The notes below the pieces were generated by a model, which worked only from the letters and a program-made list of their open reading frames with translations, was not told the origin of the DNA and made no database searches. From positions 1,312,001 to 1,376,000 of the forward strand of contig OZ219787.1 of NCBI GenBank assembly GCA_964291285.2: a DNA stretch of 64,000 nucleotides. Reading direction: 5' to 3'. This DNA comes from Alphaproteobacteria bacterium. Its GTDB lineage: Bacteria > Pseudomonadota > Alphaproteobacteria > Bin95. Below, piece after piece: positions 1 through 9,338 of this stretch (its first letter is position 1; each line of letters opens with the position of its first letter). Position numbers and translations under genes: made by a program.

Positions 1-271
1 TCCCGCCCGCGCCGGCCCGGTGCGGAACGACCCCGATTCAGCCGACAGACGAGGTGCGCCCTGCGCCTGCCTCGCGCACGCGCAATCAGGCGCGCGAACC
101 GCGCCGGCGCAATGGCGCGCCCGCGCCCGCCCGCGATTGCGCGCGAATAAGGGTCGCTCCCAAGCCGGGACGGCATGGCCGTCAAACCGAAGCGTAACCA
201 AAGGGGATTATCCGTTTGACTAAATATCAGCCCGTCTCCTAGCCTGTGCTCTTCACAGCGGGAGATCAAGC

Positions 272-1652
272 ATGGCGAGGAAATCTGATAGGGTAGAAGG
301 CAGGCGACGCAGCGGCGACGCAGCGGCGACGCAGCGGCGACGCAGCGGCGACGCAGCGGCGACGCAGCGGCGACGCAGCGGCGACGCAGGAAGCCAACTG
401 GCGCAACCGCACCATCTGGACGCGCGACAATCTCCATGTCCTGAGAGGCATGAACAGCGCCACGGTCGATCTCATCTATCTCGACCCGCCCTTCAACTCC
501 AACCGCACCTATAGCGCACCCATAGGCTCGGAGGCGGCCGGGGCTGCCTTCAAGGACTCATGGACCTTCGACGACGCGGACCGCGTCTATCTGGCACTGC
601 TGCAAGAGCGTGACCCGACGACTTTCGCCATAATCGACGCGGCCCGGCTGGCGCACGGGCGCGGCATGGCGGCCTATCTCGGCATGATGGCGCAACGCCT
701 CGTCGAAATGCGGCGTGTCCTGAAGCCGACCGGCAGCATCTATCTGCATTGTGACCCGTTCGCGTCGCATTATCTCAAGATGCTCATGGACGCGATTTTC
801 GGACGCCTTAATCACCGGAACGAGATTATCTGGTGCTATACTGGCCCCGGCTCACCGCATATGCGCCAGTTCAACCGAAAGCACGATACAATCCACTGGT
901 ATTCAGTCGGCGAGACATGGACCTTCAATGCCGACGCCGTGCGTATTCAGCACCATGGCAAGACCAAGGCGAATTTCAAAGACGGTTTGCGCGGTTCTGG
1001 ATTTATCGAGGGCGAATATGGGCTGACGGACGGCAAAGTCCCTGAAACATGGTGGCCGCAAGAGAAAGGAAATGGACTCGCCATAGCGCCCCGCCAAAAG
1101 GCGCAATATGTCGGCTATCCGACGCAGAAGCCGCTTGCCCTTCTGGACCGCATCATCAAGGCGTCGAGTAACGAGGGCGATGTCGTGCTGGACCCATTTT
1201 GCGGTTGCGCGACGGCCGCCGTGGCGGCGGAGCGGCTACAGCGCCAGTGGATCGGCATCGACATTTCCGCGAAGGCGGCCGAGCTCGTCACGACGCGCCT
1301 GCAAGGCATCCTCGACGAAATCCCGCTCTACAAGACCGGCGATGTTGTCCACAGGACGGACCAGCCGGGCCGCACGGACCTGGGAGACCTTCCCCACTAC
1401 CGGACGCACCTGGACTTGCTCTACGGCCAGCAGGAAGGCTTTTGCGGCGGTTGCGGGGAGCATTTCCGCAAGCGCAATCTGACGGTGGACCATATCGTCC
1501 CGCAAGCGCATGGCGGGACCGACCACCTTGAGAACCTTTGGCTGCTGTGCGGCGCCTGCAATTCGTCGAAGGGAACGCGCTCGCAAGAGCAATTCCTGAA
1601 AGAGCGTATGCAGAAGCGCGCCGCCCTGTTCCCGTGGCTGATAGAGGCGTGA
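272..1652 (+). CDS. Beta-class N6A/N4C DNA methyltransferase with C-terminal HNH endonuclease; frameshifted in 5' tandem repeat (catalytic ORF 450-1652)
   Basis: DPPF motif precedes YPTQKP...DPFCGCAT. C-terminal CxxC...DHIVP...GG...NL...CxxCN. The conserved N-terminus NRTIWTRDNLHVLRGM lies in frame upstream of ATG450 with no start codon. RBS GGGAG and ATG272 are in another frame. Confidence 0.88.
303..389 (+). repeat. 11-bp tandem repeat GGCGACGCAGC x ~8
   Basis: 7 perfect units at 303-379 plus 10/11 of an eighth, counted directly. Confidence 0.97.
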
Positions 1653-2621
1653 CTAGTATGGCCGCGCCCCGCTCGCCAGCCCGTTCTCGGCAATCAGCCG
1701 GGCGTAGGTCAGGCGCTTCCCGACCATGCCGGCCGCCAGTCCCGCCATTTGTGCCAGCGTCCCGGCTTCGCGGATGTTGTGCCGCCCGGCGAACTCCGCG
1801 ATGTAGCGGTGAAGGTGCTTCGGCGAGAACTTGTGATAGACGCCCTTGTGCGCCCGCTTCAACATGGCCCAGAAGCTCTCGATCCCGTTGGTATGCGCCT
1901 GCTGGCGGACATACTCGCCAGCGGAGTGATTGACCGCTTCATGCTGAAACCACACTTGCAGCGCCCGATAGACCGTCGCCTCGTCCGAATAGACCGTCGT
2001 GCCGATGCGGGCGTTGTGAGCGGCGAAGCCTGCCAGCGACGGCGCGTCCGCGTGCTGGACATGGCGGGCGCGAACCTGCTTCGTGCCCCGGTCCTTCACG
2101 CCAACGACAATGTCCTTGCCGACAGCGCCGCGACCCTCAAGGCTCTCCCGCTTCGCCTTGTGCATGTTCTTGCGCAGCCCGCCCAGATAGACCTCGTCCA
2201 CCTCTACCGGCCCGTCCATGGGCGGCTCGTCGTCGCGCTTGAAGGCTTCGCGGATGCGCTGGAGCATGAACCATGCGGTTGCCTGCCGGACGCCTATGTC
2301 CCGGCCCAGCTTCACGCTGGAGACGCCCTTGAGCGAAGTCAGGTGCAGGTAGATCGCCCAAACCCACTTGCGGAACGAGAGCTTGGACCGCTCCATGACG
2401 GTGCCGATGCGGACGCTGAAATGCCGCTTGCAGCCGGGGCAGTAGTAGGGCATCGGCGGGTTGCCGGTGCATTCAATCGTCTCGGTATGGCCGCAGCGCG
2501 GGCAATGGCGACCGTTCGGCCAGACCTTCGCCTCAAACCATTCGCGGGCGCTTTCCTCGGTCGGGAACATCTCTCCCAACTCCATGATGGTCACGCCTTC
2601 GCGGTAGTGCTTGCCAGCCAT
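1653..2621 (-). CDS. IS1595-family (ISXO2-like) DDE transposase
   Basis: Zn ribbon CPRCG...CPGC; VEVDE, YSDE, HTNGIESFW, Y..EF..RHN motifs; GGAGG before ATG2621. Confidence 0.93.
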   Translation of the reverse strand: MAGKHYREGVTIMELGEMFPTEESAREWFEAKVWPNGRHCPRCGHTETIECTGNPPMPYYCPGCKRHFSVRIGTVMERSKLSFRKWVWAIYLHLTSLKGVSSVKLGRDIGVRQATAWFMLQRIREAFKRDDEPPMDGPVEVDEVYLGGLRKNMHKAKRESLEGRGAVGKDIVVGVKDRGTKQVRARHVQHADAPSLAGFAAHNARIGTTVYSDEATVYRALQVWFQHEAVNHSAGEYVRQQAHTNGIESFWAMLKRAHKGVYHKFSPKHLHRYIAEFAGRHNIREAGTLAQMAGLAAGMVGKRLTYARLIAENGLASGARPY

Positions 2622-3047
2622 GACGGCCTCCGTTCCGACTGCTTGAGTCAGAATATGGGGACTCGCCGTCATTTAGTCAAGCGGATAATCCCCTAACCAA
2701 AGGAGCCGCCGCACCCCATGCCCATCATCGACCCCTGGTCGCCGGAGAACATCGAACAGCGCCGCCGGGACAGCCTCGACTGGCTCCAGAGGGCCGGACC
2801 CTTCAATGCGCCCGGAGACGCGGACTTCGCCCCGGACCATGACAATACATGACATTCCATGACATCCACGGTGGAGAGGACGATCCCGCCGCCCCGCGCA
2901 CGCGCGGGCGCGCATTATGCGCAGGCGCGGGACGCTCTTCCGGCAACAGGGGCGTCCGGAACCACGGCCCGACCAAGGAGGCTGCAATGCCTTGCGAACG
3001 ACCGGAGCGGAGACCGGCCTGGAGTGGGCCCCTTGGGTCGGACAGTT

Positions 3048-3842
3048 TCACGCGGCATTTTTGACAGGGTTGCGTTGTTGTTTCTCCTCGAAGCGGTTTG
3101 GGCTCAGATATCCGAGGGCGGAGTGCAGGCGTCTGTGGTTGTAGCTGTCGATGAAGCGTGGCAGTTGCCTTGCGACGTCATCGGCGGTCTCGAAGGCCAT
3201 GGGATAGACGCCTTCGACCTTCAGGGTTTTCATGAAGCTCTCCATCATGGCGTTGTCGTAGGGGTTGGCTCGTCGTCCCATGGAGCCGACCATCCCGTGT
3301 TTGTCGAGCCGGGTCCGGTAGGCATGGGCGGCGTATTGCGAGCCCCTGTCGGAGTGGTGGATGCAGCCGGGCTGAGGGCTTCGGTTCCCGATCGCCTTGT
3401 CGAGCGCCGCGAGCGTCAGGCGCGCGTCGATGCGTTGCCCGAGCGCGTAGCCGACAATGCGGCGCGACCAGGCGTCCATGACCGCCGCCAGATAGACGAA
3501 GCCGTCCAGGATGGCGATGTAGGTCAGGTCGGCGACCCAGAGCCGGTTCGGGCCCTCGACCTCGCAGTCCCGGGACCGGTCCGGGAAGACCGGCCCGTCG
3601 TGGCCGCTGTCCGTGGTGGCGACAAAGCGGCGCTTGCGCGGCGGCTGCAGGGCGTGTTCGCGCATCAGCCGCCTGACCTTCTTGTGGTTGACGGTCCGGC
3701 CCCGGTGGCGAAGTTCCGCCTGCATGCGCCGCCAGCCATAGGCCTCGAACTCGTCCTTGATCTCGTGCATCGCCTCGACCAGGGCGGTGTCGTCGACCGG
3801 GCTCTGCGGCTCGCGGTAACAGGTGGAGCGCGCGATCCCCAT
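3048..3842 (-). CDS. IS3 OrfB, rve/DDE integrase core
   Basis: WVADLTY, HHSDRGSQY, DNAMMESF, YNHRRLHSALGY motifs. Confidence 0.93.
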   Translation of the reverse strand: MGIARSTCYREPQSPVDDTALVEAMHEIKDEFEAYGWRRMQAELRHRGRTVNHKKVRRLMREHALQPPRKRRFVATTDSGHDGPVFPDRSRDCEVEGPNRLWVADLTYIAILDGFVYLAAVMDAWSRRIVGYALGQRIDARLTLAALDKAIGNRSPQPGCIHHSDRGSQYAAHAYRTRLDKHGMVGSMGRRANPYDNAMMESFMKTLKVEGVYPMAFETADDVARQLPRFIDSYNHRRLHSALGYLSPNRFEEKQQRNPVKNAA

Positions 3843-4192
3843 CAGTCGGCATCCTTCGGCAACGGAGAGGCCTCGGGGCCGGCGATCACGGACATGGGCG
3901 CGCGCCTCGACCGCCGTCCTTGCCGCAAAGCCCCCTTTAGGAACTCCAGCTCCGCGGCCTGCCGGCCGACCAGCCGTTCGAGCGTCGCGATCCGGGCCTC
4001 ATACGCCCGGAGCGTGTCAGCCGCCTCGGCCTCCTCATCGAAGGCGCCGGCCTCGTATTTCTCCAGCCACAGCCGGATCAGGGTGCGAGACAGGTCATGA
4101 CGGCGGGCCAGACCGTAAAACGTCTCGCCTGCCAGATACTCCTCAACGACCTGGCGCTTGAAGGCCATGCTGTGCGTGCGGTGCTTCCTCAT
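3842..4192 (-). CDS. IS3 OrfA, HTH
   Basis: HSMAFKRQVV...LARRHDL...W HTH plus coiled coil; TGATG overlap with orfB. Confidence 0.88.
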   Translation of the reverse strand: MRKHRTHSMAFKRQVVEEYLAGETFYGLARRHDLSRTLIRLWLEKYEAGAFDEEAEAADTLRAYEARIATLERLVGRQAAELEFLKGALRQGRRSRRAPMSVIAGPEASPLPKDAD

Positions 4193-4612
4193 CGGCGTCG
4201 ATCCTTCCAATGACCGCGCACCTGTCAATTTCCTACAACAAAACTGTCCGAGACCAGGGGCCCACTCCAGCCCCATGACAAAACATGACATTCCATGACA
4301 TGGCGCGAGGGAGTCGCTGTCGCCCCCATCCGTCGCCCCCAGGCGGAGAAGCCGGGGCCTCAAGCGGCCGGACCTCCGCTGCATGGAGGACCCGGCTCGC
4401 CCTGCGGGCGTCCGGGGCGACGAAAAGGGGGGCGGAGACCGGCCGGGACAGCTTCCAACCGGCGGCTGTCGGTATAGTTCCAAGCGGGTTGCGAGTCTGC
4501 GGGTGCTCTTGCTATGTTGGAGGACTGACGGGTTTGGAGGCTCGTTCAGGCGTCAGGCCGGCGCAGGTTGCCGGTCCAAGGGGATTCAAACAACAATCAT
4601 GGGAGTGCAAAC

Positions 4613-5647
4613 ATGAAGATCGTGCGTCTGGCATGCGGCGTAGCCGCTGCGGCCATGGTGGGAGGCGTCGCCATGTCCGCTTCCGCCGCAGATGAGGTGC
4701 TCTGGAACTTCTCCGCCTGGGGCAAGCCCCGCGCCTTTACCAAGGGCATCGATGCGATGAGCGAGTACCTCGCCGAGAAATCGGGCGGCAACTTCAAGCT
4801 CAAGATCCATTACGGCGAGGCGATCTCGCCTTCGAAAGAGAACATCGACGGCATCAAGATCGGCAGCCACGAAGCTGCGATGATGTGCACCTCCTACCAT
4901 CCCGGCAAGAACCCGGCCGGCACGGTGCTCGACCTGCCGTTCCTGCCCATCTCCGACCTGACGGTGCAGGCGAAGGTGCATGAGGACTTCATCGGGCATC
5001 CGGAGTTCAAGAAGGAGATGAAGCGCTGGAACGCCATCCCGATCTTCTCCGGCATCCTGCCGCAATATGAGGCGATGGGCGTCGGCGACCCGGCCAGGAG
5101 CGCGGCGGACTTCAAGGGCCTGAGGGTGCGCGGCCTCGGCGGCATCGGCCAGTTCTTCGACAAGCTGGGCGCGGTTCCGACCACGGTAACGGCGTCGGAA
5201 AGCTACACGGCGCTCGAACGCGGCACCATCCAGGTGATGACCTTCCCCTACAGCTACGCCTTCGGCGCCTACAGGCACCACGAAGTCGCCAAGTGGTACA
5301 CGGAAGGCATGGCGCTGGGCTCGGTCTTCTGCCCGCAGGTCATGAGCGTCACCGCCTACAACGCGCTGCCGGACGAATACCGGGCGTTGTTCAACGACGA
5401 CATGAAGTGGAACTCCTACAACACGCTGATCTCCGCCTACAAAGAGGCCGACAAGAAGTGGATCCCGATCTACGAAAAGGCCATGGAGCGGGTAGAGTTC
5501 AGCAAGGAGCAACGTGACGAGTTCGTGAAGATCGGGGCGCAGCCCGTTTGGGACGAGTGGGTGGCAAACAACAAGGAAAAGCTTCCCGCTCAAGAGCTTC
5601 TCGACTTCGTTCTCGAGCGTGCCGCACACCACAACAAGGAAGCGTAG
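4613..5647 (+). CDS. dctP: TRAP transporter substrate-binding protein (DctP family)
   Basis: Signal peptide; DFKGLRVR and ESYTALERG motifs; followed by dctQM. Confidence 0.9.
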   Translation: MKIVRLACGVAAAAMVGGVAMSASAADEVLWNFSAWGKPRAFTKGIDAMSEYLAEKSGGNFKLKIHYGEAISPSKENIDGIKIGSHEAAMMCTSYHPGKNPAGTVLDLPFLPISDLTVQAKVHEDFIGHPEFKKEMKRWNAIPIFSGILPQYEAMGVGDPARSAADFKGLRVRGLGGIGQFFDKLGAVPTTVTASESYTALERGTIQVMTFPYSYAFGAYRHHEVAKWYTEGMALGSVFCPQVMSVTAYNALPDEYRALFNDDMKWNSYNTLISAYKEADKKWIPIYEKAMERVEFSKEQRDEFVKIGAQPVWDEWVANNKEKLPAQELLDFVLERAAHHNKEA

Positions 5648-5674
5648 AGGGCCGTAGTCCTCGCAAGTCTGGGT

Positions 5675-5700
5675 GGGGCCGTTCCGTCGCGAACGGCCCC
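5675..5700 (+). terminator. Intercistronic hairpin after dctP (terminator or mRNA stabiliser)
   Basis: 10-bp stem GGGGCCGTTC/GAACGGCCCC followed by a T-rich tract. Confidence 0.6.
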
Positions 5701-5737
5701 ATTCTATTGTTTGCCACAAGGGGAGGAAGCGAAGTCT

Positions 5738-6394
5738 ATGGCTCAAGCCCAGACACGGAACGGGCGCCAGAACAGCACTTTGTCGGCTATAGATCGCGCC
5801 TTCAGTCGCGTGGAGGATGCCGTCACGCTTTTTGCGGCGGCAGTTATCTTCGTATTGATGCTGTTTGTCGTCTGCGAAGTCATCGGAAGATACGTCTTCA
5901 ACAGGCCGATTCCGGGAGCGATCGACTGGATTGAAGTCTATATGGCGATCTTCGCTTTCCTTCCTGCCGCATATGCGCAAAGGCTGGGCGTGCATGTCCG
6001 CATGGAACTCGTCGTCGCAAAGATGCGCGGCAGATTGTTGTGGGCCGTCGAATGTTTCGCCGTCTGCATCGGCGTCGTCTATTGCCTCATCATCATCGAC
6101 AAGAGCTGGGAGCACTTCCTGAGGTCCGTCATAGAAGGCGACAGCACGATCGACGTGCAGCTCCAGACCTGGCCCGGAAAGCTGGTCGTCCCCATTGCGC
6201 TCGTGCTGCTTTGCATACGGCTGATCATCCAGGTGTGGGGCTACGGACGGCTGGCTCTCGATCCCGACAAGGCTCCCCAGGCGGTTCCGGTGATACTGGA
6301 CGCCGCTGAGCATGCGAGAGCCGAGATCGAAGAGGTCATGGGAAGAGAAACCGACGATTCGACGGATCCGCCTGACGGCGGCTCGAAGGCATAG
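5738..6394 (+). CDS. dctQ: TRAP small permease
   Basis: Four hydrophobic segments; RYVFNRPIPG and HVRMELV motifs. Confidence 0.9.
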   Translation: MAQAQTRNGRQNSTLSAIDRAFSRVEDAVTLFAAAVIFVLMLFVVCEVIGRYVFNRPIPGAIDWIEVYMAIFAFLPAAYAQRLGVHVRMELVVAKMRGRLLWAVECFAVCIGVVYCLIIIDKSWEHFLRSVIEGDSTIDVQLQTWPGKLVVPIALVLLCIRLIIQVWGYGRLALDPDKAPQAVPVILDAAEHARAEIEEVMGRETDDSTDPPDGGSKA

Positions 6395-6405
6395 GGGGCG
6401 CAATC

Positions 6406-7722
6406 ATGGATCCGTTCAACGCAGGTCTTGTATCGGTCGCGGTCATCATCGGGATGGTCGTGCTCGGCGTGCGCGTCGCCTACGCATCCGGAATTGCAGG
6501 CGTGGTCGGGTTGATCATGCTGCGGGGTTACGACCCCGGCGCCGGCCTCGCCGGTCTGCTCGCCCATTCACAGGTCAGCCATGTCACCCTCTCGGTGCTG
6601 CCGATGTTCATCCTCATCGGCTTCCTGGCATTCTATGCCGGACTGACGCGAAGCGCGTTCTATGCGGCCAGATGCTGGCTCGGCACCCTGCCCGGCGGGC
6701 TCGCCGTTGCAACCGTGTTTGCAACTGCCGGTTTCGCTGCGGTGTCCGGCGCCTCGACGGCGACAGCCGCCGTGTTCAGCCGCGTCGCGATCCCGGAGAT
6801 GCTGAAATACGGCTACGAACGCAGTCTGGCAGCGGGCGTCGTCGCCGCCGGCGGCACGCTTGCATCGCTCATCCCGCCGAGCGCCATCCTGGTGATCTAC
6901 GCCATCATCGTCGAGGAATCGGTGGGCGCCCTGCTGCTTGCGGGCTTCATACCGGGCGCGCTTTCCGCGGTGATTTACGCAGTGCTGATCGTCTTCCGCT
7001 GCAAGCTGAACCCCAAGCTGGGCGCGCCCGTCTCGGCGGTTCCGCTGGCCGAAAAGTTCCGGTCCCTGATTGGCGCCTCGGGCATCTTCTTCGTGATCTT
7101 CATCATCCTGGGCGGCATCTACACGGGCGTGATGACCCCGACCGAGGTCGGCGGCGTCGCCGCATTCGTGATCTTCCTGATTGCGCTTGCGAAGCGCAAT
7201 ATGAGCCTCGGAAACCTGCGCGAATCGCTCATGGAGACCGCGAAGCTCACGGTTTTCATCTTCACGATCATCTGGTCGATCCTGATCTATGTGCGGTTCC
7301 TCGGCTTCTCGGGCCTGCCGGAGGCGTTCGCCACATTCATCGTCAGTATCGACGTGCCGCCCATCGTCGTGATGATCCTGATCCTGCTCGCCTATGTCGT
7401 GCTCGGCATGTTCATGGACGGCATCGGGATGCTGTTGCTGACCCTGCCGGTCGTCTATCCGGCGGTCACGGCGCTCGGCTACGACCCGGTCTGGTTCGGC
7501 ATCATCATCGTCAAGATGGTGGAGGTCTGCCTGGTCACGCCGCCCATCGGCCTCAATTGCTTCGTGGTCAACGGCGTCAGACCGGACATTCCGCTCGAGG
7601 AAGTCTTCAAGGGCATCTGGCCCTTCTTCGTGGCGGACATCATCACGGTCGCCGTGCTCGTCGCCTTCCCCGGCATCGTGCTCTGGCTGCCGCGGTTGAT
7701 GATCCAGAACATCACCGCATAG
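6406..7722 (+). CDS. dctM: TRAP large permease
   Basis: GTLASLIPPS, TPTE, TPPIGLN motifs; many TM segments. Confidence 0.93.
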   Translation: MDPFNAGLVSVAVIIGMVVLGVRVAYASGIAGVVGLIMLRGYDPGAGLAGLLAHSQVSHVTLSVLPMFILIGFLAFYAGLTRSAFYAARCWLGTLPGGLAVATVFATAGFAAVSGASTATAAVFSRVAIPEMLKYGYERSLAAGVVAAGGTLASLIPPSAILVIYAIIVEESVGALLLAGFIPGALSAVIYAVLIVFRCKLNPKLGAPVSAVPLAEKFRSLIGASGIFFVIFIILGGIYTGVMTPTEVGGVAAFVIFLIALAKRNMSLGNLRESLMETAKLTVFIFTIIWSILIYVRFLGFSGLPEAFATFIVSIDVPPIVVMILILLAYVVLGMFMDGIGMLLLTLPVVYPAVTALGYDPVWFGIIIVKMVEVCLVTPPIGLNCFVVNGVRPDIPLEEVFKGIWPFFVADIITVAVLVAFPGIVLWLPRLMIQNITA

Positions 7723-7746
7723 AGCGGGGCCGGCGCGGTTTTCCGC

Positions 7747-9303
7747 TCAGGAAAGCCGCGCCGCCAGCCCCATCGGCTCGTCGCGGAAGAGCGCGGCCGG
7801 CATTTCGCGCAGATCGTCGGCAATGCGGGGCCGGAAGGCCATCCGCGCCAGCACGTCGCGTTCGAGATCGACGCCCGGCGCAATTTCGACGACCACCGGC
7901 CCGGCCTCCTCGATGCGGAAGACGCAACGCTCGGTCACCGCCATGATCGTCTGCCCGCGCGCGAGGCCGGCGCGGGCGTTGAAGCTCACCTGCTCCACCG
8001 CTTCCACGAACTTGACCGGGGCGCCGTCGCGCCGGATGTCGAGGCGGCCGCCGGCGGCCCGGATGTCGGTCTCGCCGGCCGTGAACTGGCCGCAGAAAAC
8101 GACCCGCTTCGCGCCCTGGGTTACATTGAAGAAGCCGCCTATGCCGGGAATGCGCGCCTTCAGCTTCGACACATTGACATTGCCGGCGGCGTCCAGCTCC
8201 GCCATGCCAACGAAGGTTATGTCCAGACCGCCACCGTCATAGAAGTCGAACTGGTAGGTGTTGTCGATGACCGAACTCGGATTGATCGCGGCGCCGAAGG
8301 AAAGCCCGTAGGCCGGATAACCGCCCGTGGCACCGGATTCGACCGTGAGCGTGAAGGCGTCACCGCAGCCCTCCTCGCCCGCCACCGTCGCCACATATTC
8401 GGGCGCGCCCACGCCGAGATTGACCACGTCGTCCCGGCGGAGCTCCATCGCCGCGCGCCGGCCGATCACCTTCTTGACCGACAACGGCTGCGGCGGGCGG
8501 GCGCTCAGGTCCGCGCGCACCTCGCCCGAGAACACCGGGTCGTAGGCTGTCGCGAATGTCTGCGGGTGGTTCTCCGGCCGCGCGACGACGACCCGGTCCA
8601 CGAGATGGCCCGGAATCACCACCCGCCTCGGATCGAGCGAGCCGCGCTCCGCAATGCGCTCGACCTGCGCCAGCACGATGCCGCCGGAGTTCCGCACCGC
8701 CTGCGCGAAGCTCGGCCCCTGGAAGGTGCCGATCTCGCGCTCCATGGTGATGTTGCCGTCCGGGTCCGCCGTCGTGCCGCGCAGCAGGCCGGCGTCGAGC
8801 CGCATGGAGGGGTAGAACAGCCAATCCCGCCCGCTGAGCCGCACGCGCTCCACATAGTCTTCGACGGTGCGGGCGTTCACCTTGCCGCCGCCATGTTCGG
8901 GATCGACGAAGGTGCCGAGGCCCACATGGGTCACGAGGCCTGGCCGCCCGGCAGCGATCTCCCGGTAGAGCTGGACGATCGCGCCGAGCGGCAGCAGGTA
9001 ACCTTCGATCTCATTGTCGATCAGCCGGCGCTGGAGCATCCGGTTGAGATTGAGATAGGAGGTGACGAGCCGGCGGATCATCCCGTCGTGACGCAGACGG
9101 TCGAGGCCGCGCCCGCGTGTGTCGCCGGAGCCGGTGGAAGCGATGACGGTCAGCCCGCCGGGCTCGCCCGTTTCCAGGAACCGCGCCTCCAGCGCCAGCA
9201 GCAGCTCTTCCGGGCAGACCGAGCCGACGAAGCCGTCCACGCCCAACACCGCGCCGGAAGGCACCAGCGCCGCCGCCGCCGCAGCCGTCACGATCTTGCT
9301 CAT
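7747..9303 (-). CDS. Family I acyl-CoA:acetate/propionate CoA-transferase (YdiF/Pct-like)
   Basis: GLGTFVDP, NLGVGAPE, TVESG (catalytic Glu), DFYDGGGLD, GNVNVSK. Confidence 0.88.
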   Translation of the reverse strand: MSKIVTAAAAAALVPSGAVLGVDGFVGSVCPEELLLALEARFLETGEPGGLTVIASTGSGDTRGRGLDRLRHDGMIRRLVTSYLNLNRMLQRRLIDNEIEGYLLPLGAIVQLYREIAAGRPGLVTHVGLGTFVDPEHGGGKVNARTVEDYVERVRLSGRDWLFYPSMRLDAGLLRGTTADPDGNITMEREIGTFQGPSFAQAVRNSGGIVLAQVERIAERGSLDPRRVVIPGHLVDRVVVARPENHPQTFATAYDPVFSGEVRADLSARPPQPLSVKKVIGRRAAMELRRDDVVNLGVGAPEYVATVAGEEGCGDAFTLTVESGATGGYPAYGLSFGAAINPSSVIDNTYQFDFYDGGGLDITFVGMAELDAAGNVNVSKLKARIPGIGGFFNVTQGAKRVVFCGQFTAGETDIRAAGGRLDIRRDGAPVKFVEAVEQVSFNARAGLARGQTIMAVTERCVFRIEEAGPVVVEIAPGVDLERDVLARMAFRPRIADDLREMPAALFRDEPMGLAARLS

Positions 9304-9338
9304 GGATTGCCTCCCGGCGAGACGGAAACCGCAGCGGG

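Larger units (their letters stand above)
203..2693. mobile_element. IS1595-family transporter IS (tIS) with MTase-HNH passenger
   Basis: IRs GGGGATTATCCGTTTGACTAAAT (203-225) and ATTTAGTCAAGCGGATAATCCCC (2671-2693), 22/23 match. 8-bp direct repeat TAACCAAA at 195-202 and 2694-2701. Confidence 0.93.
1..2864 (+). repeat. Dispersed CATGACA-array element, copy A (truncated by window start, interrupted by IS1595 transposon at 203-2693)
   Basis: 12-110 is nearly identical to 58090-58190 and similar to the reverse complement of about 15930-16025. After the IS it continues with AGGAG, micro-ORF 2718-2852 and CATGACA x3 (2838, 2848, 2858). Confidence 0.8.
3020..4269 (-). mobile_element. IS3-family insertion sequence
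   Basis: TG...CA ends, 29-bp imperfect IRs (3020-3048 / 4241-4269), 3-bp TSD GCC (3017-3019 / 4270-4272). Confidence 0.92.
2880..4300 (+). repeat. Partial CATGACA-array element, copy B (interrupted by IS3)
   Basis: GCGCGGGCGCGCATTATGCGC leader motif, AAGGAGG + ATG CCT at 2987, CATGACA x3 at 4274, 4284, 4294. Confidence 0.65.

Noticed and set aside
303-389. CRISPR or peptide-repeat protein
   Set aside because: A pure 11-bp tandem without spacers, not a multiple of 3; treated as an SSR.
450-1652. Idea that the MTase targets the CATG within the CATGACA arrays
   Set aside because: Specificity cannot be read from the sequence; the only link is proximity.
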